A stretch of 64,000 nt of DNA from Microcoleus sp. (GTDB lineage: Bacteria; Cyanobacteriota; Cyanobacteriia; Cyanobacteriales; Microcoleaceae): the NCBI GenBank assembly GCA_052279835.1, contig CP181291.1:6144001-6208000 (forward strand), in the 5' to 3' direction. Both the position numbers and the translations under genes were made by a program. Position 1 is the first letter of the stretch; each line of letters starts with the position of its first letter. A model generated the notes under the pieces. The model was not told the origin of the DNA and did no database searches. It saw only the letters and a program-made list of their open reading frames with translations. Shown here one piece after another: positions 9,427 to 19,423 of this stretch.

Positions 9427-9813
9427 ATGCAAAATAAAACTAAGATTTGGCTCGGCATTGGAGCTTGCGTTTTAACCTCTGTAGCTGCTAGTGCGATCGC
9501 ATCCCAGAATGATAGCAGTGTTAATCAATTTTCCCCTATTTCTCTTTTAAGTAATGCTGCTAATTCATCGATGAGCAACAGCAAGCCGGTTAAACCGATC
9601 GTCTTAATGAGTAGCAGTGGTGGCGAACAAGGAGAAAGCGGCGAAGGAAAAAAACCAAAACCCCGGAAAAAAAGTAGTTTTACTTCTGAATTTTTATTGA
9701 CAGATAGTAATGTCACAATGACAGCTTCCAAGGGCGGGGAAGGTGGAGAAAAAGGAGAAGAGGGAGAAAAAGGAGAAAGCGGTGAAAAAGGAGAATCTGG
9801 GAAGAAGAGTTAA
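9427..9813 (+). CDS. Secreted low-complexity Gly-Glu repeat protein
   Basis: MQNKTKIWLGIGACVLTSVAASAIA signal peptide; blocks GGEQGESGEG and GGEGGEKGEEGEKGESGEKGESG. Confidence 0.8.
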   Translation: MQNKTKIWLGIGACVLTSVAASAIASQNDSSVNQFSPISLLSNAANSSMSNSKPVKPIVLMSSSGGEQGESGEGKKPKPRKKSSFTSEFLLTDSNVTMTASKGGEGGEKGEEGEKGESGEKGESGKKS

Positions 9814-9835
9814 GGTTTTCTATTAATATCAACTC

Positions 9836-11245
9836 TTAAGCTACTGAGGAGAATTTTACTTGAAAACAGCTACCTACTCCTAGCTGACTGGTAACGCTAA
9901 TTTCTCCTCGGTGGCTTTGGACAATTGCTTGGGCGATCGCCAATCCCATCCCCAAACCCCCTGCACGGCGATTTCTCGCTCGATCGGCTCTCCAAAATCT
10001 GTCGAAAACTAACTTGACATCTTCTGGAGCAATGCCGATGCCAGTATCCTCTACACTCACAATTGTCGATCGGTTCTGTCTGCTCAGAGAAACAGTCACA
10101 ATTCCGCCCGCTGGTGTGTAATGAATTGCGTTTCCAATCAAGTTGGAAAACAAACGAGTTAGCTGTGCAGCATCTCCCATTACAGACGTATTAATGGCTA
10201 AATTTGACTTGAGAATAATTTGCTTTTCTTGAGCTTGCAGTTCCCACAAATCTAGCAAATCCTCTAATAATTCGTCTAACGGAACCGCTATCCACTCGCG
10301 GGCGATGGTGGCTGCGGGTGCATCCATTCTAGTTAATAAAAGTAAGTCTTCAACTAACTGAGTCATCTGTTTAGTAGCAGAGGCGATCGCCGCCATTTTC
10401 TTAACATCCGCTGCATGAATTCTCTCAGGATGACTCTGTAGCACCTCCACTGAAGTTTTAATCGCCGTCAGCGGACTTCTCAACTCGTGAGAAGCATCAG
10501 CAGTGAATTGTTTTAACTGCTGAAAACTATCCTCAATTGGCTTGAGAGATTGCTTAGTCAGCCACAAACCACCAACCGCAGTCAAGCTCATAACAATAAT
10601 ACTCCCATAACCCAAATTCCAGCGGAGTCTGCTGAGAACTTCTTCGACTTCTTTAGTAGATTCGCTGGTGCGAATATAACCTTTTAATTCTTGTTTTTTA
10701 TCATTATAAGAAATGTAAACTGGAATTGTCGCCGACCGAATCTGCCCGTTTTGTATGGTTTGGAAACCCGATTTTATTATTACAGGCGGTAAATTCTTGC
10801 CGGAATTTCCTAACATTTTACCTGCTTCATTAAACCATTCTACAGATTGATCTGGCTCCCGCAGATTTTGCCAGGGAATGTCTAAGTCTCCGTCTTTGTC
10901 TAACTGGCGCGTTACTTTTTCGCGATCGAGTTCAATCTGAAAATCATCATTGCGCTGTTCGCTTTGTTTGTCAAATTCATCGCCTTTTTTTTCTAGATGT
11001 TCTGAAAGGTGCTGCTTTTCGATCGCAACTAAACTGTGAGAAGCTGCTTGAGCCAAAACCTCCAATCGCTGGTCTAATTCTTGATACAGACTGCTGGCAA
11101 ATAATTCATAAACAGCAATAGCAGAAGTTCCTAAAATAGCTACCATCACTGTTAAGTAAGATAGCAATAAACGCCATCCCAAAGCTTGAAATTGGGGATT
11201 AGAGGTTTTGGTTGAGCCGATAACCCATGCCATAAATAGTCTCAA
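9836..11245 (-). CDS. Two-component sensor histidine kinase (2 TM, HisKA, HATPase)
   Basis: FTADASHELRSPL, NLIGNAIHYT, DTGIGI, FDRFWRAD, GLGMGLAI; exact start uncertain. Confidence 0.93.
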   Translation of the reverse strand: MRLFMAWVIGSTKTSNPQFQALGWRLLLSYLTVMVAILGTSAIAVYELFASSLYQELDQRLEVLAQAASHSLVAIEKQHLSEHLEKKGDEFDKQSEQRNDDFQIELDREKVTRQLDKDGDLDIPWQNLREPDQSVEWFNEAGKMLGNSGKNLPPVIIKSGFQTIQNGQIRSATIPVYISYNDKKQELKGYIRTSESTKEVEEVLSRLRWNLGYGSIIVMSLTAVGGLWLTKQSLKPIEDSFQQLKQFTADASHELRSPLTAIKTSVEVLQSHPERIHAADVKKMAAIASATKQMTQLVEDLLLLTRMDAPAATIAREWIAVPLDELLEDLLDLWELQAQEKQIILKSNLAINTSVMGDAAQLTRLFSNLIGNAIHYTPAGGIVTVSLSRQNRSTIVSVEDTGIGIAPEDVKLVFDRFWRADRARNRRAGGLGMGLAIAQAIVQSHRGEISVTSQLGVGSCFQVKFSSVA

Positions 11246-11876
11246 TAAAATTAGCTGGTGCGCCTGCTGCTTTCAGTTTTTGTCGCAAACCCCGGAGATG
11301 AACTTTTACGGTTTCTTCTCCTGGCGAGTCTTCAAAAGCCCATATATGGTCTAGGATAGCACTCCGTGTTAAAACGCGCCCTCCTGTTCGCAGGAATAAT
11401 TCTAGCAAACTGTACTCCTTTGGTGTAAAATGCAGCAAATTATCGCGATAAGTAACTTCGCAGGTATTCGGGTTTAAACGCAGATTTTCCCACTCTAATA
11501 CTGGTGGCAAAGTTGTACTTCCCCGCCGCAGTAAGGCTCTAATTCTTGCTGCTAATTCTGGCAAATCAAAGGGTTTAACGACATAATCATCTGCTCCGGC
11601 ATCTAGTCCTATGACTTTATCATTGCTGGTGTCTCTGGCTGTTAGCATGAGCACGGGGGTTTTTAAACCTTGTCGGCGCAAGCGCTGACATAGGGTAATT
11701 CCATCTATTTTTGGCAGCATCACATCTAGCAGAATTAAGTCATAGGTAAAAGTTTCTGCAAAGTTCCAACCTTCTTGACCGTCGGCGGCTATATCTACGG
11801 CATAATGTTGGTCGGTGAGGGCTTCTGCTAATGCTTGGGCAATGCGATCGTCGTCTTCTACTAACAGAATCTTCAT
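11199..11876 (-). CDS. OmpR-family response regulator
   Basis: ILLVEDD, LDVMLP, GADDYVVKPF, winged helix with IETIYGMGYRL. Confidence 0.95.
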   Translation of the reverse strand: MKILLVEDDDRIAQALAEALTDQHYAVDIAADGQEGWNFAETFTYDLILLDVMLPKIDGITLCQRLRRQGLKTPVLMLTARDTSNDKVIGLDAGADDYVVKPFDLPELAARIRALLRRGSTTLPPVLEWENLRLNPNTCEVTYRDNLLHFTPKEYSLLELFLRTGGRVLTRSAILDHIWAFEDSPGEETVKVHLRGLRQKLKAAGAPANFIETIYGMGYRLNQNL

Positions 11877-11942
11877 AGCTCACTGCTAAAATTTTGATAT
11901 CATTCCTAATTTTTTAATCTCAAATCTAATATCTAATGCGGA

Positions 11943-12635
11943 CTAAAGACCGATCGCAGCTAATGGTTCCCAACTTGTGACATCTTCAAACAAAGATTGA
12001 TACCCCGCCACATTGGGATGCAACCCATCTGCAATTAAGCGCGATCGACACCAATCACTACCCCGATCGCACCATTTGTCAAAAATATCTAAATAGGGAA
12101 TCCCCCGCTCCAAACATGCCACTCTGGTTGCTTCTTTATATCGATACTGGTCAGCATGACTATAGTACAAACAATCCTGAAAAGGCATTTTACTTTCATC
12201 CACCGGCACCATCCCCACAAAAATCACTGGACAAAGTTGTTGTGACAAATTTAACAAGTTATCCACAACGGCTTTAAAATGATCGAAATCAGTATAGTTG
12301 CGCCCGATCGCAGATTGTACTCTCGCCGAATCATTCAGCCCTACCGAAAGAATCATCGCATCCGGGACGCGGTTTCTGAGCTCACCACGGTGACGAAACT
12401 CATTCTCTAGCCGCTGGGCGACTTGATAAGCGCGATCGCCCCTAACCCCCAAATTATAAAGAACGTGCCCAGGAATCTCCGATAACATCCATTGTCGCCG
12501 CAGTCGTTCCACCCAGCCCCCACCCACATTGTCGCCAAAACCGTAGATTAAACTGTCCCCAAACGCCACCAATTTTAGAGGATGAGAAGTTATCGGACGC
12601 AAGTGACTAAATGAATGGGCTGTGGCTACCTGCAT
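11943..12635 (-). CDS. GDSL/SGNH hydrolase
   Basis: FGDSL, LGVRG, GLND, DGLHP. Confidence 0.9.
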   Translation of the reverse strand: MQVATAHSFSHLRPITSHPLKLVAFGDSLIYGFGDNVGGGWVERLRRQWMLSEIPGHVLYNLGVRGDRAYQVAQRLENEFRHRGELRNRVPDAMILSVGLNDSARVQSAIGRNYTDFDHFKAVVDNLLNLSQQLCPVIFVGMVPVDESKMPFQDCLYYSHADQYRYKEATRVACLERGIPYLDIFDKWCDRGSDWCRSRLIADGLHPNVAGYQSLFEDVTSWEPLAAIGL

Positions 12636-12782
12636 AACAAAAAGGTACTCAATGAATAATTAACATATTGACACTATATTTCAATGCGACTCGATCGCCT
12701 TCAACCCGATCGCACCTAGACCGTGGATTTACCCGAATTTGTTGGTAAACTAGAATCTAACATCAGATAAGTAGGTAGTCTC

Positions 12783-13013
12783 ATGGCTAAGCGTCCACCC
12801 TTTGATTCAACTCAGCTAACCCGTAGAGCAGAAGAGTTGATCAGTGCTGCATCCAACCGTTATCGGATTACGGTGCAGGTAGCGAACCGCGCCAAACGTC
12901 GTCGCTATGAAGATTTTGACAACAATGACGACCATCAAATGAAACCAGTGATGCGGGCTATATTTGAAATGTCTGACGAATTGACACAGCCGGAAATTAT
13001 CGGAGACATCTAG
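12783..13013 (+). CDS. rpoZ: RNA polymerase omega subunit (cyanobacterial Ycf61 type)
   Basis: [44 protein letters not shown]. Confidence 0.92.
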   Translation: MAKRPPFDSTQLTRRAEELISAASNRYRITVQVANRAKRRRYEDFDNNDDHQMKPVMRAIFEMSDELTQPEIIGDI

Positions 13014-13105
13014 CTATTTGGAGAGTTTTGAGGTGCGAGCAATTATTTTGACTCAAACTCAAAACTTCCTGAAATTATTTAATATTTGAATAAATTATCA
13101 AAACC

Positions 13106-13756
13106 GTGAAGAAATTAAAGCTGACCTTGAGTTTTTTGTTAATTACTTTGAGTGTGGCTATTTTCACGCTTTTGAGTTGGATACTGGAATCGGGCCAACT
13201 CAGTTTGTCGGCTTTGGAACCATCGGCGTTACAGAATTATCCATCTATTTCTCAGGTCCAAATTGCTCAAGAAGCCTCGCCACGACAAGTGAGAGTCCAA
13301 GATGCTTGGAAATTTGTCTATCAAAGATTGCCTGATTTCCCCCTCGCCAATAATTACATTTCTAAAGAAACTGGAAAAGTAGACCCCAATAATACTTTAG
13401 TCGCACGCTTGATTCGATATCATGTGTTTGTCAAAGGACGGCCACCCAATTATCGCTTTGATTGGAAGTTGAGCTTAGCTGATTATTTGGGGGTGACTCC
13501 CGATTATTTGGTCGAAAGTGTGTATCCCGGAAACGATGTTTTGCGCTCGAATCCCTTGGAAGGCGATCGGGCTGCGATTCAAAGTTTAAATAGAAATCAG
13601 CGGGATGCTTTGGTTCAAGCTTTAGTTGATGTTTTTACAGGGGATTTGGGCTCATCAGACCCCAAAGCACCGACGGGAGGAAAACCAGAAGGGCGATCGA
13701 ACTCCCCCACCATACCTCAACCCCAGCCAGGAGACGCCAAGTTACTAGCACCTTAA
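13106..13756 (+). CDS. Conserved cyanobacterial exported hypothetical protein
   Basis: N-terminal TM/signal; VYQRLPDFPLANNY, RLIRYH..VKGR, RFDWKLSLADYLG. Confidence 0.75.
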   Translation: MKKLKLTLSFLLITLSVAIFTLLSWILESGQLSLSALEPSALQNYPSISQVQIAQEASPRQVRVQDAWKFVYQRLPDFPLANNYISKETGKVDPNNTLVARLIRYHVFVKGRPPNYRFDWKLSLADYLGVTPDYLVESVYPGNDVLRSNPLEGDRAAIQSLNRNQRDALVQALVDVFTGDLGSSDPKAPTGGKPEGRSNSPTIPQPQPGDAKLLAP

Positions 13757-13887
13757 AAATTTTTTTCAATGATTAGGTAGAATCATAATTATGCCCCTCT
13801 CTTCTCTTCCTCTGTGTTCTCTGCGTTCTCTGCGGTGAAATCATTCCGATACAACCCAATCAAAAATCAAAAATCAAAAATTTCTCC

Positions 13888-14256
13888 ATGGTCGATCGCG
13901 TAATTAAGACAGGTGACGGATGGCGTTTGGGATGGAACCCCAACAGCACCGAGTTTCAGGGTTTAGTGGGTGGCGATGGTTGGGCGATCGAACTCACCGA
14001 GGCTGAGTTGAACGATTTTTGCCGCCTACTAGCCCAATTAGCCGCCACCATGACTCAAATGGCCAGTGAGTTGATGGAAGAGGAAAAAATCGCGATCGAA
14101 GCCGAAAGCGATTTAGTGTGGGTGCAAGTAGAAGGCTATCCCCAAGCTTACAGCGTGCAGTTCATCCTCAGTGCTGGTAGGAGGTGTGAGGGTTTTTGGT
14201 CCCCGGCTGCGATACCTGGTTTGACCCAAGCTGCAAAAATTTTAAAAGTTTTTTGA
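13888..14256 (+). CDS. DUF1818-family protein
   Basis: GDGWRLGWNP..FQGLVGGDGWAIELTEAE. Confidence 0.75.
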   Translation: MVDRVIKTGDGWRLGWNPNSTEFQGLVGGDGWAIELTEAELNDFCRLLAQLAATMTQMASELMEEEKIAIEAESDLVWVQVEGYPQAYSVQFILSAGRRCEGFWSPAAIPGLTQAAKILKVF

Positions 14257-14303
14257 TTTTTTTTGACTTTTTTCTGAATTTGATGATATGCTGTTAAAGC
14301 TGT

Positions 14304-14377
14304 CGGGACGTAGCGCAGCTTGGTAGCGCACTACTTTGGGGTAGTAGGGGTCGCAGGTTCAAATCCTGTCGTTCCGA
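14304..14377 (+). tRNA. tRNA-Pro (GGG)
   Basis: CGGGACG/CGTTCCG acceptor stem, D-loop AGCTTGGTAG, anticodon arm CTACT-TTGGGGT-AGTAG, T-loop GGTTCAAATCC; no encoded CCA. Confidence 0.97.
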
Positions 14378-14379
14378 TT

Positions 14380-14415
14380 GGCGAAACTCTCATATAAAGG
14401 GAGTTTCGCCTTTTT
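14380..14415 (+). terminator. Intrinsic terminator after tRNA-Pro
   Basis: GGCGAAACTC..GAGTTTCGCC stem followed by TTTTT. Confidence 0.85.
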
Positions 14416-14419
14416 GATG

Positions 14420-15202
14420 TCATAGTGGCTTCCTTGCGGTGAGTGTTTCATTCACCCAAGCCAGATCCGATTCTGACAAAGCGGGGATTGGGGGGCGACT
14501 GTAATCAATCCTTAAGTCATAGCTTCCCCGATCGTACATCTCGTCTAGCAATAACTTTAGATCGATCGTTGGTTCTGGTTCACTAGCTTTTAACGGTACT
14601 GAAAATTCAGGAATTCTATCTTGCAAATTAAAGCTATAAAGTTGAGCCTTGGGACGAGTTTCGCTATGGCTGACTACGATCCGATAGTGACTTTGCTCAA
14701 AATCTCCGACCATTTCCATCGAATTCCCCTGGCGCAACAAATCGATTTCCACAAAATGAGTCGCGCTAGCCAAAATCTTTAACCGCTTTGTTTCGTATTG
14801 CAACCGCCCGATTCCTACCTGTTTGTTTTTTGGAGAAAGCACCTCAATGATGGTCACAACTTCCTCGGTTTCCACGGCATGAATTTCTAGGTATGCTTCT
14901 GTCAAAATATCGGGTATTGGTAGCAACACCTCTGTAGGCTGGGTTTTTAGAGTAACTGCGAGATTGGATGGCTGCTCGCGCGCACTCGTTCGCGAACTTT
15001 GCACTGAGACATCCGGTACACCCACCAGCAAAGTCATATCTCCGTTCACCTCATACACACGTTCCTCGATCGCGACAATGTACTTCGGGCGAAGCTTAGG
15101 ACCGAGGTCATTGGCGATCGCGGTAATTAGTCGATGGTGAATTCCCGCCCAAAGGGAAGGATGCTCTAGATAAGGATTCATACCGAGAAAGGGAGAAGGC
15201 AT
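14420..15202 (-). CDS. DUF4058-family protein (PD-(D/E)xK-like)
   Basis: MPSPFLGMNPYLE, IIEVLSPKNK, HFVEIDLLRQG. Confidence 0.85.
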   Translation of the reverse strand: MPSPFLGMNPYLEHPSLWAGIHHRLITAIANDLGPKLRPKYIVAIEERVYEVNGDMTLLVGVPDVSVQSSRTSAREQPSNLAVTLKTQPTEVLLPIPDILTEAYLEIHAVETEEVVTIIEVLSPKNKQVGIGRLQYETKRLKILASATHFVEIDLLRQGNSMEMVGDFEQSHYRIVVSHSETRPKAQLYSFNLQDRIPEFSVPLKASEPEPTIDLKLLLDEMYDRGSYDLRIDYSRPPIPALSESDLAWVNETLTARKPL

Positions 15203-15270
15203 TTCTGGACACTCCGATCTAAAGACAGGATAATATAGCCTTTCGATCTCTCATAGGAGGTACGATCGAG

Positions 15271-15341
15271 AATTGGTAATTGGTAATAGGTAATTAGTAA
15301 TGCCCTATGCCCCATGCCCCATTACCCATTACCTAGTACCC
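15271..15341. repeat. Degenerate heptamer tandem repeats in inverted arrangement
   Basis: aattggt/aataggt units followed by atgcccc/attaccc units. Confidence 0.75.
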
Positions 15342-15489
15342 ACCTAACTGAGAAAGGCTATAATTTGCTTAATTCTAACAAACGCTTACAGTATTATTCA
15401 TCTCTCTTATCTCCCTCTGTGTTCTCTGCCTTCTAGTAAGGTTAAATCATTCTGATCCAACGGTCAACGATATTATTTTTAATTAATCC

Positions 15490-15558
15490 AAAATAAAATG
15501 ACGCCCGCAAAAGTTTCCCCTAAGTACAAAAGCACTTCTAGAAAACCTGCGGGCGTCA
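15490..15558 (-). terminator. Stem-loop terminator after petD
   Basis: TGACGCCCGCA..TGCGGGCGTCA followed by a T-rich tract on the minus strand. Confidence 0.7.
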
Positions 15559-15578
15559 AAATCAACCAAGCTTAAATC

Positions 15579-16061
15579 TTAGAACAGACCAAGAGTGAAA
15601 GATTTGTCGATCGGGAAAACAGCGCCAATACCCAACCACAGAGTGATTGCTGTTCCCAATAGGAAAACAGTAGTAGCCACAGGGCGGCGGAACGGATTTT
15701 GAAACTTGTTAACGCCCTCGATGAACGGAATCAAAATCAGACCCACGGGAACGCCAGCCATGCAAGCAATACCCAACAATTTGTTAGGCAAAACGCGCAG
15801 GAGTTGGAACACTGGCCACAAATACCATTCCGGCAGAATTTCTAGCGGAGTAGCAAAAGGATTAGCAGGTTCCCCAACTAAAGCCGGGTCGAGCACAGCC
15901 AAACCGACGCACAAAGAAATTGTTCCCATGATTACTACAGGGAAAACATAGAGCAAGTCATTGGGCCAGGCTGGTTCGCCGTAATAGTTGTGGCCCATGC
16001 CCTTGGCGAGTTTAGCGCGGAGCGCTGGATCGCTCAAATCCGGTTTTTTGAGAATAGACAT
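15579..16061 (-). CDS. petD: Cytochrome b6-f complex subunit IV
   Basis: [34 protein letters not shown]. Confidence 0.99.
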   Translation of the reverse strand: MSILKKPDLSDPALRAKLAKGMGHNYYGEPAWPNDLLYVFPVVIMGTISLCVGLAVLDPALVGEPANPFATPLEILPEWYLWPVFQLLRVLPNKLLGIACMAGVPVGLILIPFIEGVNKFQNPFRRPVATTVFLLGTAITLWLGIGAVFPIDKSFTLGLF

Positions 16062-16181
16062 AACTACAGTGTTCTCCTTTTGGTTGTTGGCTGTAAATAA
16101 ATATGATGAGCGATGAATTCTGAATTTTCAACTCAAAACTTAGCAAGGGGCAAAAAAAATATTGCCCCTACAACTCAAAAC

Positions 16182-16850
16182 TTACAACGGGCCTGAGATT
16201 CCTTGCTTGCGAATCATCAAGAAGTGGGCCAGCATGAATACTGCAATCAGCCAAGGCAACACAAATGTGTGCAAGCTGTAATAGCGGCTTAATGTGCCTT
16301 GACCGACGCTGACGCCGCCACGGAGTAACTCAACCAGTAAAGAACCCACAAAGGGGATGGCTTCGGGAACGCCGGAAACGATTTTGACGGCCCAGTAACC
16401 AATTTGATCCCAAGGTAGCGAATAGCCAGTCACGCCGAAGGAGACGGTGATGACTGCCAAAATGACTCCTGTAACCCAGGTGAGTTCGCGGGGTTTTTTG
16501 AAGCCACCGGTCAGGTAAACGCGGAAGGTGTGGAGAATCATCATCAGCACCATCATGCTGGCGGACCAGCGATGGATGGAACGAATCAGCCAACCAAAGC
16601 TGACTTCATTCATGATGTATTGGACGGATGAAAAAGCTTCTGCTACCGTGGGACGGTAATAGAACGTCATGGCGAAGCCGGTGGCAAACTGGATGATGAA
16701 ACAAACCAGAGTGATTCCGCCCAAGCAGTAGAAGATATTGACGTGGGGGGGTACGTACTTGGTTGTGATGTCGTCGGCGAGCGCTTGAATTTCCAGGCGT
16801 TCGTCAAACCACTGGTAGGTTTTTGATTCGGTGATTTGTTTAGAAAACAT
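16182..16850 (-). CDS. petB: Cytochrome b6
   Basis: [41 protein letters not shown]. Confidence 0.99.
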   Translation of the reverse strand: MFSKQITESKTYQWFDERLEIQALADDITTKYVPPHVNIFYCLGGITLVCFIIQFATGFAMTFYYRPTVAEAFSSVQYIMNEVSFGWLIRSIHRWSASMMVLMMILHTFRVYLTGGFKKPRELTWVTGVILAVITVSFGVTGYSLPWDQIGYWAVKIVSGVPEAIPFVGSLLVELLRGGVSVGQGTLSRYYSLHTFVLPWLIAVFMLAHFLMIRKQGISGPL

Positions 16851-17552
16851 GGAGCCAGAATTCCTAAAAGAATATTGCTGTGGTTGAGATTAAGGGCAGC
16901 AGCCACAAGGATTTTTGTCGCCCCGCGATCGCCAGTAAGCTTTTACTAGCAACTGACTTTGGCTATTTTTAAATTGGGAGCTGACTGAGGCACTCGATGG
17001 TGCGGTCGCTGTTAGCGCTGGGAAACGGAGCCCTAGCTTGCTCCCCTTTGCTGGCGTTGCCCGATCGAATTCCTGACTATGATAAAAAATGTAACATAAT
17101 AGCCGTGCAGATTTCACGGAGCGATCGCTTTTGCTTGGGTCTCAAACACCATTTTTCCGAAGCTCCATATCTGCCCCAAGCTGGCATATCGCCATGAGCC
17201 TAGCTACACACTAGAATCTGATGCAGTGAGCGGACTCAGGTTTCTAAATTTTCATATTTTTGATAAAACTTCACTTAATCTGACTTAAATGTCAACTTTA
17301 ACTAATTTTTGGGGCGGGACTGCCACAGGCCTGATGCTGTTTAGGACTTTGGCCAAAACCAGTTTGGTTCAGGTAATTAGCTGATTTGAGATTAAGGAAG
17401 AGAACGACAAACCGGCTTGTTTTCGGTTGAGAGCTTCCTGGACTGGCTGGATGACTTTTGCCTTCGGAGAGTTGAAGTTGAATGTGCAAAAGCTCAAAAA
17501 CGTACAAACTTAAAATACAACAGATACCAATCTACTCATATTTTACGGAACA

Positions 17553-18794
17553 ATGATGCACAGACGAGTTTTCCAGATCGCAATTTTACTTGTCCTCCAA
17601 TGGGTTATGGTTTTGGGTTCTTGGGCCGAGCCGGCGATGGCGCTGACTGATGAACAGAAGCTATTGAACGAAGCTTGGCGAATTGTCAACCGCTCTTATG
17701 TGGACGATACCTTCAATCATCGCAACTGGAGGTCGATTCGCGAACAGACTATCAAGGCCCCTCTGAGCGATCGAGAACAAACCTATACAGCGATTCAGGA
17801 GATGCTGGCTAATCTCGATGACCCCTTCACTCGACTGCTGAAACCAGAACAGTACCGCAGTTTGCAGGTCAATACTTCTGGGGAACTGACTGGTGTGGGG
17901 CTACAAATTGCGATCGACCCCCAGACTAACACCCTGACAGTGATTGCTCCGATTTCCGGTTCACCAGCCGATAAAGCTGGTATCCAACCCCTCGATCGCA
18001 TTTTGAAAATTGACGGCACTCCCACCTCAGAATTGAGTCTAGACGAAGCCGCCACTAAAATGCGCGGCCGCGCCGGCACTGCTGTCACCCTCACCTTGGG
18101 GCGCGAAGGTAGGGAATCTCCACAGGATATTGAGTTAGTGCGCGATCGCATTGCTCTCAATCCGGTATATGCCGAATTGCAGTCTGGGCCGGAAAATTTA
18201 CCCGTGGGCTACATTCGCCTCAGTCAATTCAGCGCTAACGCCACTGCTGAAGTCAGTAATGCGATCGACCGACTCGAAAAACAAGGAGCCGCCGCCTACA
18301 TTCTCGACCTGCGGAACAACCCAGGGGGACTGCTACAATCCGGGATTGAAATTGCCCGGTTGTGGATCGATTCCGGCACCATTGTCTACACAGTGAATCG
18401 ACAAGGCGTTCTCGGCAGTTTTGATGCCTATGGACAGGCGCTAACAGGCGATCCCCTGATTGTTTTGGTAAACAAGGGAACTGCCAGTGCTAGCGAAATT
18501 TTGGCCGGTGCGCTGCAAGATAATGGCAGAGCTCAACTGGTGGGAGAAAAGACCTTTGGTAAAGGGCTGATTCAGTCCCTGTTTGATTTGTCAGATGGTT
18601 CGGGATTGGCTGTGACTGTGGCGAAATACGAGACGCCCAATCACACGGATATTCACAAAATGGGGATTGCGCCCGATCAGGTAGTACCTAGCGAGTCGAT
18701 GACGCGGGATCAAATTGGCACTGAGAGCGACTTGCAATATCAAGCTGCACTCCAACTGCTGAAGCAAAAAACCGTCATGGCGAAGTCAGCTTGA
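17553..18794 (+). CDS. ctpA: C-terminal processing protease (S41, PDZ domain)
   Basis: LDDPFTR, DLRNNPGG, TASASEILAGALQD, TFGKGLIQ; divergent from petB. Confidence 0.93.
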   Translation: MMHRRVFQIAILLVLQWVMVLGSWAEPAMALTDEQKLLNEAWRIVNRSYVDDTFNHRNWRSIREQTIKAPLSDREQTYTAIQEMLANLDDPFTRLLKPEQYRSLQVNTSGELTGVGLQIAIDPQTNTLTVIAPISGSPADKAGIQPLDRILKIDGTPTSELSLDEAATKMRGRAGTAVTLTLGREGRESPQDIELVRDRIALNPVYAELQSGPENLPVGYIRLSQFSANATAEVSNAIDRLEKQGAAAYILDLRNNPGGLLQSGIEIARLWIDSGTIVYTVNRQGVLGSFDAYGQALTGDPLIVLVNKGTASASEILAGALQDNGRAQLVGEKTFGKGLIQSLFDLSDGSGLAVTVAKYETPNHTDIHKMGIAPDQVVPSESMTRDQIGTESDLQYQAALQLLKQKTVMAKSA

Positions 18795-18997
18795 AACCCA
18801 AGTTTTAAGTTTTGAGATAGTTTCACTCTTGCTCATCCCAAGACTTACTCGCCTTTGAGTTGTTCGACGGACTGTCAACCGTCAACAATCTTGTCAAGTG
18901 CAACCGGAATCGAAATCTAGCAAGCAGACGGTTAACTCATTCTCGATCGCTAAAGATATTTTTGTTACCTTCTTGCTTCTGCCCTCGGACTTCTTCC

Positions 18998-19411
18998 TTA
19001 AGGTTGTTGAGTTGACTCCTCGGCGTCAGGCACCTCCGATTCCTGCAAAATGACTGGTTGCTGCTGGGGGTCAACCCGATTGCTTTGCTCTTGCATCACT
19101 GTTTTAGCCAGACTGGGATCGAAGTAGCGATTAAAGTCCGATCGCGACTGATTCACTCTCTTTTCGGTAATATTGACTTCAGCTTGGATTTCCTGCAATT
19201 TTTCTTGTACTGCCCGGTAGTGAGGCCAAAGCTGAATCAAAGCAGAAGTTGCACACACTGAAAGTACGATGTTGACTGCTAACTTCACTCCTGCTTCCGC
19301 CGCGAGGGTTTGGTGAGGGTAAGAACGCGGGCGGCTGCTGGTACCTGCTGCAACGCGAGAGGAGTTTTTGACAGGACGTAGTGGGGTAACGGTAGGTTTA
19401 ATCGCTTGCAT
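18998..19411 (-). CDS. Conserved cyanobacterial membrane/coiled-coil protein
   Basis: Single TM (KLAVNIVLSVCATSAL), coiled coil, RYFDP..MQEQSNRVDP; start set at ATG 19411 because upstream sequence is IS DNA. Confidence 0.75.
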   Translation of the reverse strand: MQAIKPTVTPLRPVKNSSRVAAGTSSRPRSYPHQTLAAEAGVKLAVNIVLSVCATSALIQLWPHYRAVQEKLQEIQAEVNITEKRVNQSRSDFNRYFDPSLAKTVMQEQSNRVDPQQQPVILQESEVPDAEESTQQP

Positions 19412-19423
19412 AATTTTGTTTAC

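Noticed and set aside
14304..15202. tRNA-Pro as an integration site for an island
   Set aside because: No integrase and no duplicated tRNA 3' end seen
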